Positions 1-10,882 of a stretch of DNA of 62,750 nucleotides are shown piece by piece. Location: positions 1 to 62,750 of the forward strand of contig NW_025766155.1 of the NCBI RefSeq assembly GCF_003918875.1. Direction: 5' to 3'. Position 1 is the stretch's first letter. Every line of letters begins with the position of its first letter. Made by a program: the position numbers and the translations under genes. The notes under the pieces were generated by a model. The model searched no databases, was not told the DNA's origin, and worked only from the letters and a program-made list of their open reading frames with translations. This DNA comes from Haliotis rubra (lineage: Eukaryota).

Positions 1-90
1 TCATGCTGTTGGATCACTGGATTGTCTGGTCCATGGCCTCGATTATGTATTATTATGTACAGACCACCTCCATAGAGCGCTGTTGAGAGT
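1..90 (+). mobile_element. SINE family B, 3' fragment
   Basis: tcatgctgtt..gatcactggattgtctggtcca..ctcgatta matches the other family B copies in the window. Confidence 0.65.
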
Positions 91-3000
91 GTACTCTGAC
101 TTCACTGGAATGCATTGGCTGTAGGATTGACATAAGACAACTGTTGTGCAATCTTGGTTTATAGGCACCAATTTCAACCCTATTTCAACTGGAATCCACG
201 AAAAATGTTTAACCTCCCCATATTATTATCAGACATACAAGTTTCAGTTTAAATGTCATTCTGTTGATTGAATAACAACTGTTTCAGTTCATGGTATTGA
301 AGATAATAACTGTTACAGTTCATTGTATTGAACAACAATTTAAAATGATCTGTAATGAATATATTTATATATAAACGGTTTATAAATACATAAGCTTATT
401 ACACTAGTGTTGTAAAGCCGGTCTACAGCCGTTTTGACATGTAACCGGTTTGGACATGTAGTCATTTTGAGTCAGGAACCGTTTCAGGAACCGTTTTGAC
501 CAAGTTTCACTGAAACCGGTTTGGCAGAGGCTGGTTTCGAGGACTGAGACAGGTGGCGCCTCCCAACTCTGGCCCACTGAACCCGCGTGGCGGTGCTCTT
601 GTCTCAGATCTTAGAAATGGAGTAAAATCTTCATGTCCATGGATGATGGCCAATACGAAATGTAATTTGTGCAATGGAATTTCGGCATTTCGCGTAGTTA
701 GATAGCGTTCAATATTTTGATGGAATCAAGGGCTGAGGACAATAATTTAGAGAGTTTACCGTCTGCGATTTTCGCCGATGATGGACAGATCACGTATGTT
801 TACATTGACATGCTCTGCGGGTATCATACCGGTGCATGTATGATCTCGATGATTCATGATTTTAACCCCATCAAGTCATCTCATATTTAACATTGACATG
901 TTTATTATATCCACACATAGTACAAGATGTGTTTCCGATGGTGATCAAATTTTAAAATACGTAGATTACGAACTATGGCCATTTCTATACAAAGCGACCT
1001 TATAGATCGAGGATGCTCTTTACCATAATTCATCACATACCATGTAACGCCATGATTATTACGGCTTGCATTCAGTTTTGTTGGTCTTTAAAATTATGAT
1101 TCAGGCATGGTTATCAGTATTTATTATTTTTTGTGTTATTAATTGTCTCAATGACTCAACAACAACTATTTTATTGTAACTGAAACAACAAGAAATAAAG
1201 TAAACATTGTCTCTACATATAATTGTAATTTTTTTTTTGTATCTAGATGTTGTTTCTTCGTTTTATGATTACAAACGTTGAGAGTTAGCACAACCAAATG
1301 TTTTCCAGGTGACTACAGACACACCCTGGCCTATTGTTAGCACTGAAAGAAATGAAGGACGCTAACATAGATTGGTACATTTGTCCAATGTCGGTATTCT
1401 AACCTTAGGAGTCTTCTCTCTTTGTGAAACTAGTGTAATCTTTCCAGCACCAGCTGCTAACCTCAAAACATGTTGGTCATTTTGGGTAAACTTGAAAAGA
1501 AAAATGCAGGTCATTGATGAAAAGTTCCAGGGTTTGGTACTGGACGTTTAACTTGTGTGAATATTCCCTATTTAAAACCCCGGGTCCCCATTCCTACACA
1601 CTTCACCCCTGGCTCATTCACTGTTGTACCTAACAAGAAAAAAAATGGCAGAAGAATTTTTGGAACTGTAAGAGAGTATTTCTATGTTACATTTGATAAT
1701 TATTGTGAAAGTAATTTCATCATCACAAAATGTTTTTCTGACTATCATTTCACATGAATCCTTATGACACTAAGACTAGTGTAAAATGACAGTCCTAAAA
1801 GCATTTTCATTATGGATTTCAGCCAAGACATGATTGAGGAATTTTCCCCAGTCTCCCCAACTATTCCGGGACATCACAGATTGGGATACAGAGTAAGTAT
1901 GCTATAAAATAGTTATTTTTTACAAGTATTCAGTTAATCAATGGTAATGTTGTAAAACATTAAATTCTGATAAACAGTAGGCTCATTTTTCACTAATGTC
2001 AATTTTATTGCTCTTTCAGTGATATTGATGACAGCCTTCTGTTGGGAAGCTGTTGAGTGCATGAGCACCTCTGTGGAGTAAGTAATATTAATTTGAAAAT
2101 GATTTAATACTAATGCATGTAATACATGATGTAAAAGAATTAACATAAATGGCACAAAAAGTTTGTGTGTGTGTATTATTGTGTGTATTGGATTATGACC
2201 TTCAACCATTTTGTGTTAATTTAGGTATATTGTTCTCATTTTTCAGTGATGATGACTGTGTCATCACAAGGTTTGAGATGCCTGCTACTATTATCCGTCA
2301 CCAGTGACGCCACCAACACCAGTGACCTGCTTCACTGAGGGCATCCACCCCCAATCTCCCTCCTGGTAAGTGTATATTAGATACATTGAAGTTATTACTA
2401 TCTGAAGTAAATGTATTATTATCATATACAGGATTTTTTATCTTATTTGTTCCTTATTTTTTTCAGTCTAACAGAAGTCATCAGGCACATATAGAGTGGA
2501 GAAAGGGGAGTGGAAAATCGAATATGGCTCTTCAACATGAAGAGTCCCATTGACATTTTAGAGATAATTATTAGAGAATATTAGGTTTCTTGTAGCAGAG
2601 TTAGTTAGTGTTAGCTCTTTGTATTTATGTTTAATTTGTTATCTTTGTGTATATATTGTTAACTTTGCCCATATATGTGTTTGTGTAAATAAAGGTGCCC
2701 AAGGGTGGGCAAAATGAGTCATTCATTGTTGGAGTACAGTATGAATCAATCTGTTTCTTCACATGAATGGGTTACTTGTCCCAACCCCTCTAAAACATCC
2801 AGACATGCTTTGGAAACAAGGATGTTGAATATATTCCTCAATATTGGACATACCTGCTGGACTGCATATGTGTATTCATGGAAATATGTGTGGATACAAT
2901 GGATATGTATGTGAATCGATCTGTTCACCGGAACTATTCTAAGTGAAATTGGTGTGCTGTTCATGGACATATGTGTCGGACGTGATGTGCTGAGGATTTC

Positions 3001-3467
3001 CTATGGATCATATGAGGAGTAAGTTGCACCAATTCCCTGTTATTCTGATGTTGTTTCCACAAATGTGTAGTCACTCCAGGAGTATAAGTTAAAGGCTATT
3101 ATCCTCATATCCAGTAGACAGTATAATCCAAGGTTGTTTAGTATTCCAGTGCGCACAGTATAAATCAATGAGAAATGCACTCTGGTATATCCACAATGTG
3201 TGAAATCCTTGACACAACCCATATCCGCTAATGACTTCAGAGACTGAAAGGTATGATATGGGGACTGTTTGGGGGACTTTATATACCCACCGAGTCTAAA
3301 AATTGACAGTACCAGGTGTTCAACACTGGCAATATCAGTAATAGAAAGCAGTGACTCATCATCTAAAATAGACTATGTGAAGTCTAACAATAGATTTTGA
3401 CCCTATAAAGCCCCATATAGCTAAAAAATAGATCTTCGCCCCATAAAGGCCTCTATACTACTAATAA

Positions 3468-3668
3468 CCCGTCTATCTGGGTGAGAATCGGCCTTCTGTA
3501 ACCCATACTTGCCGTAAGAGGTGACTAACGGGATCGGTGTGGTCAGGCTCTGTGACTTGGTTGACACATGTCAGCGTATCCCAGTTGCATAGATCGATGC
3601 CTCATCGATCATTGGATCGCCATGGATTGTCGGGTCCAGACTCGCGTTAAAACAACAAACCAACCTAG
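3468..3668 (+). mobile_element. SINE family B (core cgtaagaggcgactaacgggatcgg; Meta-domain-like, tentative)
   Basis: Dispersed repeat with an (aac)n-type tail. Homologues at 13199, 16155, 19350, 32229, 36863 and 41408. Confidence 0.75.
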
Positions 3669-4249
3669 CAACAATAACAATAATCTGCTAAGTGTGTAGA
3701 TGTTTATTTAAGTTACGCCTTATACAGTTCAAACCAACTTAAAGAGCTTAGGACTTTTTCATATGACCAACGACGAAATGTTATGGAGCTGGAATTTTGG
3801 CTTTCTTCAACTTTTACCTTGAATAGTATATGCACCTCTAAAACACCTTACATTTACAAACAGCTCTGGTAATAGAGAATATGTATACGTATGACATTTA
3901 GCCTAAGACCAAAAGGATCGTTTTGGTGGATATTATTCGGTAAGTGCTGCTCTTATTTTCAGCATTGACAATATATACATAGATTAGAAGTTGATACAGA
4001 TATATGTTACATTGAATTATATTTTATTTTCGAATACCAAACTATGTCTTATTTGTGCGCCAGACGAAAAAGAAGTGTACAGTCTTCAGTTTACAGTTGG
4101 GAGAACTTAGCTTTCAGCTTGAATTCAATTTTCTTAGGTTAATGATGTTTTGAATCAAATTAAACCAAATTGGAAGTGTATGATAGCTTAAATATTTCAT
4201 GCCGTCTGGTTAAACATGATATGATGTATATGTCATCTCTGTCGTGAAA

Positions 4250-4420
4250 GGGCGGTGGGGTAGCCTAATGGACAACGCGTTCGCTCGTTACATCCGACGA
4301 CCAGGTTCGAATTCCCACATAGGCACAATGTGTGAAGCCCATTTTGCGTCCCCCGCCGTGATGTTGCTGCGAATATTGCTGCTGGCGTCAAAACCAAACT
4401 CAGTCAGTCAGTCAACAACA
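4250..4420 (+). mobile_element. tRNA-derived SINE family C
   Basis: Box A-like ggtagcctaatgg and box B ggttcgaattcc. Flanked by a tgtcgtgaa duplication; the empty site lies in the paralogous block at ~9290. Confidence 0.8.
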
Positions 4421-4662
4421 GTCTTGTCGTGAAGAACGTCAAATGTCACGTCACTCAATGGCAGATAAACCATATTTGTCTTGTCATATGGAAATATCCT
4501 CTATATATATCCGTTGCTAAGAAGATCCGATTCCGGCTGATATATTGTTTGTATTGGGGTGGTGGGGTACCTTTGTGAAGTTGCAAAGTGTTATGTCGGG
4601 TTCGTTTCCAAACAAGATTCATCAGAAGATGACATCCCCTCGGCCCCCACATTTTGTGAAAG

Positions 4663-5283
4663 AACAAATCATCTGACAGTTACTTAAAGTCCAGCCCTAG
4701 ACTTTTAGACTCGGTGCAAATCGTTCCATGGAAATCATGAAAAAAAATAAATGACAAAAATGCAAAATGGCAAAGGCACCACTTTGGGATCTGCTTCACA
4801 TATCTTGCAAAGTATTGCTGAAAAATATTGAGAAGTTTTGGAGTTGTGCTCCGGAAGCGAAGCCCACCCTCCTTTGGGACTAAGTCTGAATCGTTTCCAT
4901 GGAAACCGTGGGGAAAATAAAAAATGCCAAAATCTGCAAATAAAGGCACCCACTTTGCATAGGTTCTGTTTGATATATCTACCAAGTCTTGTTGAAAAAT
5001 ATTGAACGGTTTTGAGTTATGCTCCAGAAACGAAGCCCACCCTCTTTAAGACTAAAGTCCCAAACGTTTCCATGGAAACCGAGAAAAATAAAAATGACAA
5101 TAATCTGTAAATAGCAAAGGGCACCACCTTAGGTTATGTTTGACATATCTACCAATTTTTGTTGAAAAATATTGAACGGTCTTTGAGTTATGCTCCGGAA
5201 ACAAAATGATTACGGATTTGACCGATGGACAGACAGGACGGAGATTATATCTCCCCGCATTACGGCGCGCTGGGGATAAAAAT
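4663..5283 (+). mobile_element. Non-autonomous element with ~172-bp internal tandem repeats (pearl/HINE-like, Helentron-associated)
   Basis: Subrepeats start at ~4722, 4892 and 5065 (cgtttccatggaaacc). They are followed by a ggac/agac microsatellite and a short terminal stem-loop (tctcccc...ggggata) before an A run. Confidence 0.6.
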
Positions 5284-6212
5284 GTTACTAAAAGTAACAT
5301 TATGACCAGTATGATACTCCAATGATTATTCAATATAACGAAACAGTCACATTAACCCTTCCAAATTGTGAGATAGGGTTACACAGTAAAGATCTCCATC
5401 CTACCTCCTGTGGAAAAAATATAGAGGAGGATATACTCCCCACAAACTTCTATGGGTGTGAAATTTTACTTATTCTGCATGGTAAAGATACTTTGCCAGA
5501 TGTATTCAGGGCTTTGGCAAACGTTTTTCATCTGCCTCGGTTCAATTTTTTTGCGTACAAATCATTCTCGAGCAAAAGTTTCAAAGTATTGTGAACTCTG
5601 TGAAAGACACTGTAATGACTATGACTGCCATATCATTCTACATTGTGATTTTTACATCTACAACAGGAACTTTTAGATCTTTTTCATGTCAATGTTTCTG
5701 TACAAATAGAATCACTTCCAGAAGATGAAATGCTGTCTCTCTTTTCTGGATTTTTCCATCACAAGGGATAAATATTTCAGTGTCAAAACAAAGCAAAGGA
5801 CCATTTAATAACGTTCATTCTCATTTAATCTTGGGTTTTAAAAGAAACAGATCTAATTAATAAATTCTGATGTACATAGATATTTTTATATAATTAGGTA
5901 GGACTTATTTATTAACAGGGATTGATTAAGGCTGTGTCTTCTTCAACGGGGGTTGAAGTACCGTGAAATTATTGTCCGTATGTAAGTCCATGTCTCTCCA
6001 AGTATTTTATATCTACCAGGTTTTAATTGTAGTATCTCTGTTATTTTTATTTATGGGTTACTGAAGATCAATATCCTAACCCGGACCTCATGAGGTAGTA
6101 AGCATACATAGATATAAATATATATGGTTGTATCTAAAGCCTATAAACAATTCTCAGGCATTATATGCCAACATTTCCCTATGCCTTATATTGCTATGGT
6201 CAAATTCATATA

Positions 6213-7099
6213 CACTCAAACGCCAAAAACCCGTTAATCTTTATGAATTACTGAAAACTATCAAAGACATGTTAGAAGGTATTAGTTTACAAGAACGCTT
6301 AAAACACAGCTTTATGCAAATCACGAAAACAAAATCTCAAATGCATTCATATTTAGGTGAATGCATCTTTTCGGAAGAGTTAAATTGTTTTATAATCGCC
6401 CATGCCGAAATAAACCAATAACAGTGATTTTGATGTCCAAATGAAAGGTTGAAATAAAATTCTGCTTTGGGACAATGTTTACCATATAAAGGCACCATTT
6501 TTCAACTCTTTAAAACAAGAAACAACTGTTGCAGAGTGTAAAATTGTAAAATAATCATTCCTATGATTTCAGTCTTTTAAAACATTGTCTGCTGATAAGC
6601 ATTAGTAAAACAAGTAAAACGTGTCTTTGGTATTGTGAAAAATGTTTAGGAACATCAAAAATTGTCTTTGTTAACATGTTTGTTTGCAAAATAACAATTT
6701 TCTGTTTTTTGTTTACACATAGCAATATCAATCGCCTTAACGCAGGAATATTCAGGCAGTATTTGCAGCCATTTCACATGTACAGTGATTCTATAGGGTA
6801 TGAAGAGAGCCTAGAATACACGATATGATACACGGGTACGCGAAATATACCACAATTAACAGCCGAAGAGAGAGAGAAAAGAGCCAATGGGATGGTGCAG
6901 ATGAGGTCGACATACAATGCGGTCGCCAACGCCCTCGGATGCCACCGTGTCACGGTTATAAGACTTATTTAGGCTTCAGACAGACTGGAGTCATTGTAGA
7001 CAGACCAAGAAATGGACGTCCACGCACCACAACGCCAGCTGAAGATAGGTTGCCTCCGTCACTAAAGGAAGGAGCGTAACGTTTCTTTGGCGTTTAGTT
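6213..7099 (+). mobile_element. Internally deleted Tc1/mariner transposon
   Basis: Imperfect ~24-bp TIRs (cactcaaacgccaaaaacccgtta / taacgtttctttggcgtttagtt) flanked by TA. Frameshifted N-terminal HTH ...ANALGCHRVTV..RQTGVIVDRPRNGRPRTTTPAEDR. Absent from the paralogous site at ~17585. Confidence 0.85.
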
Positions 7100-7135
7100 T
7101 AGGCCAAAACCACTTACAAAACCAGTTAGTAGTGT

Positions 7136-7406
7136 ATATATATATAACAAGTTTTATGGATAACAACTTTTTATTTTGGTGAGCTGCGACGATTTTCATT
7201 GGATTTTATGCCGTTGTCAGACACAAGCAAGGTAGGAGCTACATAGTGTTACAGTATATATATGCAGCTCCTACACTTCATGTATCACTCTTGCTTGACA
7301 ACGGTACAAGAATCTGTATCGAAACGTCGCACTCACCAAAATAAAGAAGTTGTTATCCATAAAACTTGTTATATATTGTACGTCTCAACTTCTCAAAATG
7401 CCACTC
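7136..7406. mobile_element. Fold-back insertion resembling inverted Penelope-like element termini, with a hammerhead-like motif
   Basis: 7140-7197 is the near-perfect reverse complement of 7321-7376, with nested inner IRs. Flanking direct repeat aaaccagtta(a)gtagtgt at 7119-7135 and 7407-7424. TTGACAA-stem-GAAACGTC followed by AATAAA. Confidence 0.65.
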
Positions 7407-7654
7407 AAACCAGTTAAGTAGTGTTTTGCAATGTCATTGCCGAGATGAGCTTGGTATTTACTTAACCCACTTGTAAATGTCAGTTTAACATTTTGAGTTA
7501 AGAACGTGTAGAGTCACATCCTTGTCCTGTTCCGTAAGGTGCCTTAAAGGCATGTGTCAGTTTGGTAAATACCTGTGACATCAACTTTTCGTCGAAGGGA
7601 TATGTTCGAGATCATGTTCTTCCCTTTCAGCAAATGATTGAAAAAGATCATCTG

Positions 7655-8457
7655 GTGTTAAGGAGATCCTGAAGTTGATTGAGTTAATTCATACAGCTAC
7701 ACAAGGATAACAGGGTCCAGCAGTGGGCAATGTTAAGGAGATCCAGGAGTTGAGAGGGTTAATTGATACAACTACATAACAATAACCGGGTCCAGCTTAG
7801 TGGGAAGTGTTTAGATGATCCAGGAGTTGACAGGGTTAATTGATACAGCTACACCATGATAACCGTGTCCAGTAGTGGGTAATGTTAAGGAGATCCAGGA
7901 GTTGAGGGTTAATTGATACAGCTACTCAAGGATAACCGGGTCCAGCAGTGGGAAGTGTTTAGAAGATCCAGGAGTTGACAGGGTTAATTGATACAGCTAC
8001 ACAATGATAACCGTGTCCAGTAGTTGGTAATGTTAAGGAGCTCCAAGTGTTGACAGGGTTAATTGATACAGCTACACAAGGATAAATGGGTCCAGCAGTG
8101 GGAAGTGTTTAAAAGATCCAGGGGTTGACAGGGTTAATTGATACAGCTTCACAACAATAACCGGTTCCAGCAGTGGGAAGTGTTTAGAAGATCCAGGGGT
8201 TGACAGGGTTAATTGATACAGCTACACAATGATAACCGGGTCCAGCAGCGGGCAATGTTAAGGAGATCCAGGAGTTTACAGGGTTAATTGATACAACAAC
8301 ACAAGGACAACCGGGTCCAGCAGCGGGCAATGTTAAGGAGATCCAGGAGTTGACAGAGTTAATTGATACAGCTACACAAGGATTACCGGGTCCAGCAGTG
8401 GGCAATGTTAAGGAGATCCAGGAGTTGACAGAGTTAATTGATACAGCTGCTCAAGGA
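7655..8457. repeat. 75-bp minisatellite, ~10.6 copies
   Basis: Unit gatccaggagttgacagggttaattgatacagctacacaaggataaccgggtccagcagtgggcaatgttaagga recurs every ~75 bp from 7665 to 8415. Confidence 0.95.
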
Positions 8458-9668
8458 CCTTCTGCCTCATGAAAAAACTGTTGTGATTTTGTACCCGCCT
8501 GTAATGTCAAACACCATGGTGAAAGGTAAATATCTGAGTTTGGGAAAATGTGTGAAAATATCACTTTGCAAGAACTTCTTTGTGGGCCAACAAAGTTTTC
8601 TGCCCAGTTGAGTATCTTTTACTCACTTTAAATTCCAATGTAATCATATACATTTCATCATATGCATTTGACCAGCAAGCCTGAACATCGGGTGATCAGC
8701 CTCAAGCACCGAGGGAGTGCGACTGTGTTACGTCGAGTCCACGCCTCCAGTCCAGTTTACCTCTGTTCCAAACAATTGAGTTACGTTCTGGCAGAGTTCA
8801 ATTTTATGACATTTTATGTACACGTGAGTTTATTTCAATCGATCGACAGCCGTCTTTACTAGTATTACACAGTAAGTAGTTGACTTTTTTCTCAATTGCG
8901 TTCTTACTTTCTTTCGGTCCTCCATGTTTGTTAGTGGTTCTTATGTATTTGTGTGGCAGCACCGAATTTTGACGTTTAGGCTCAGACCAAATGGATAGCT
9001 TGATGAATATTATTATAAGTGGTGATCTTATTCAAACAATGACACTGGATAAATAGAAAGCAACTGATACAGATGTGTGTTGTCTCGATTTTTATTTTAT
9101 TTTCGAATACCAAACTATGACTGTCTAATTTGTGTGCCAGACGAAGGAAGTGAACAGTCTTCAATTTACAGTTAGGAGAATTTAGCTTTTGTTAATTTCA
9201 TTTTCACAAGTTATAATGTTTTAATGTAATTGCACAAAATTGGAAGGGAATGATGAAAAGAATATTTTATGTGTCTGCTTAAATATGATGTCTCTGCCGT
9301 AAAGAACGTCAAATATAACATTTTTGACGTCACTCGATGACAGGTAAACCATATTTCTCTAGTAACATGAAATACCCTCTATATATCCTTTGGAAAAAGA
9401 TCTGAATTCCCATGGCTTATATATTGTTTGTTGTAACAATAATGTTCCACTCAAATACACCACTTCATGTTTTAGTGTCGCCGTATGTTTAGACGTTTAT
9501 TATTATTTTTTTATTTACCATTTTTTCATTTATTTGTAGGGACAGTATGTGTAGTCAATGTGTGACGTTGGTAGGTACAATTGTGCTGATGTACAAGGTA
9601 TACAAAACAATCAATGATATTTCTATAGAAAGAAGTCTGTAAATGCCATCAGATAGCACCATAACTTC

Positions 9669-9670
<2 letters not shown>

Positions 9671-9702
<32 letters not shown>

Positions 9703-9747
9703 CGCACATATGTACGTATTTGTATATGGATGAATGGATGGATGGAT
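9671..9747. repeat. (TG)15 microsatellite plus short (ATGG)n
   Basis: Read directly. Confidence 0.9.
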
Positions 9748-10015
9748 GTATGTTTAGACTTATTCCGACCATTTCGGAAGCACCAGTCGTCCGCAAATAG
9801 AACATTATCATCAGTACATAAATATATGTATACACAGTCCTTGAAATCTCCAGCATTTATAACAAAAGGAGTCTAATCAATACGTTTCCAGCGTGGAGTC
9901 GCTCAGCGGCGGGAGATGTGTGTCCACTGCTTTTCAACTAAGTTTTTGCAATTCCGATAGTGTGCAAGCAGAAAGTTGAAAGTTCAAAATCTCGAGGCAG
10001 TGTACTTTGAACACA

Positions 10016-10063
10016 GTATCGAGAGAGGCCATCATTATATCCACAGCCTGTAGCGTGGTGAGT
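10016..10063 (+). promoter_or_regulatory. Putative non-coding 5' exon end (splice donor) of copy A
   Basis: atcgagagaggc...GTGAGT is conserved at 20223 (GTGAGT) and 32897 (GTAAGT). A CAG acceptor lies 16 nt before each ATG. Confidence 0.5.
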
Positions 10064-10882
10064 ACAAATCACGAATAACACCAGCTGCTACGAGTGACAG
10101 TAGTGGGTGCAGTTTGGATAAATACACATTCTCCGACATCAGTATTTGAACGTTTGTCTTACAGTACCAGCTGAAAGCCCAACGTTTGTAGGTCAAGGTG
10201 AAAGATATGCTTTCGATGTTGACAGCAAATGCTGTAAATCAAACCGGTGAAATGATAATTGTTTTTTCCTCTAGTGGTGTTTCAATGAGGAGGGTTTTGA
10301 TTGTTATGTGGGGTCGGAGCTCTGCAGAAGCGCCCATGGTGCTTTTGTGAGGGAAAAGAATTAGTGTACTAAATATCAATGACGAGTTTAGGTGAGCTTC
10401 TCCGATTATGTAGTTTAATGTGGCGTATTGGTTGCGTCCCTTTGTACTGTCAACTGCTGGTTGTGGTTTAGCATATTCTCTCCATTTGATCTGCCTGGTG
10501 GTTTTCAAGCTATTTGTTTTGCAGCTGTATAAAATATAATATTTATTCAGTCCGACATATTCATGTCCACGTACTCAGATCTGTCACTGATTCGGTGAAT
10601 TTTATGAATTGTTCTTTTAATTTTTTTTAGTGTATAATTCATATCAACAGGAATAAGGTGCATTTCAAAATGAAATATTACTTTATATATACCTTGCCAT
10701 GTTGTATGTAGTTTAAATTTCTATGTTGCCTTGTGGTTCTGAAGCTATTAGTTTTGCAACTGTTTAAAATATAATGTTCTACATAGTCATGTCCACTCAT
10801 TACAATCCCGCTGCACAGAACAGTATAAGTGTGTATTACATATACATATATTGTTTCCACCTACAGCACACCTGAAGTCGAC

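Noticed and set aside
2705-3222. Short ORFs on both strands as a viral or transposon protein
   Set aside because: I could not recognise any motif, and stops interrupt every frame.
7655-8457. CRISPR-like array or repeat protein (ORFs 8184-8405 and 31889-32143)
   Set aside because: Head-to-tail 75-bp units with no unique spacers, no cas genes and a eukaryotic context. The ORFs result from a unit length divisible by 3 and start at non-ATG codons.
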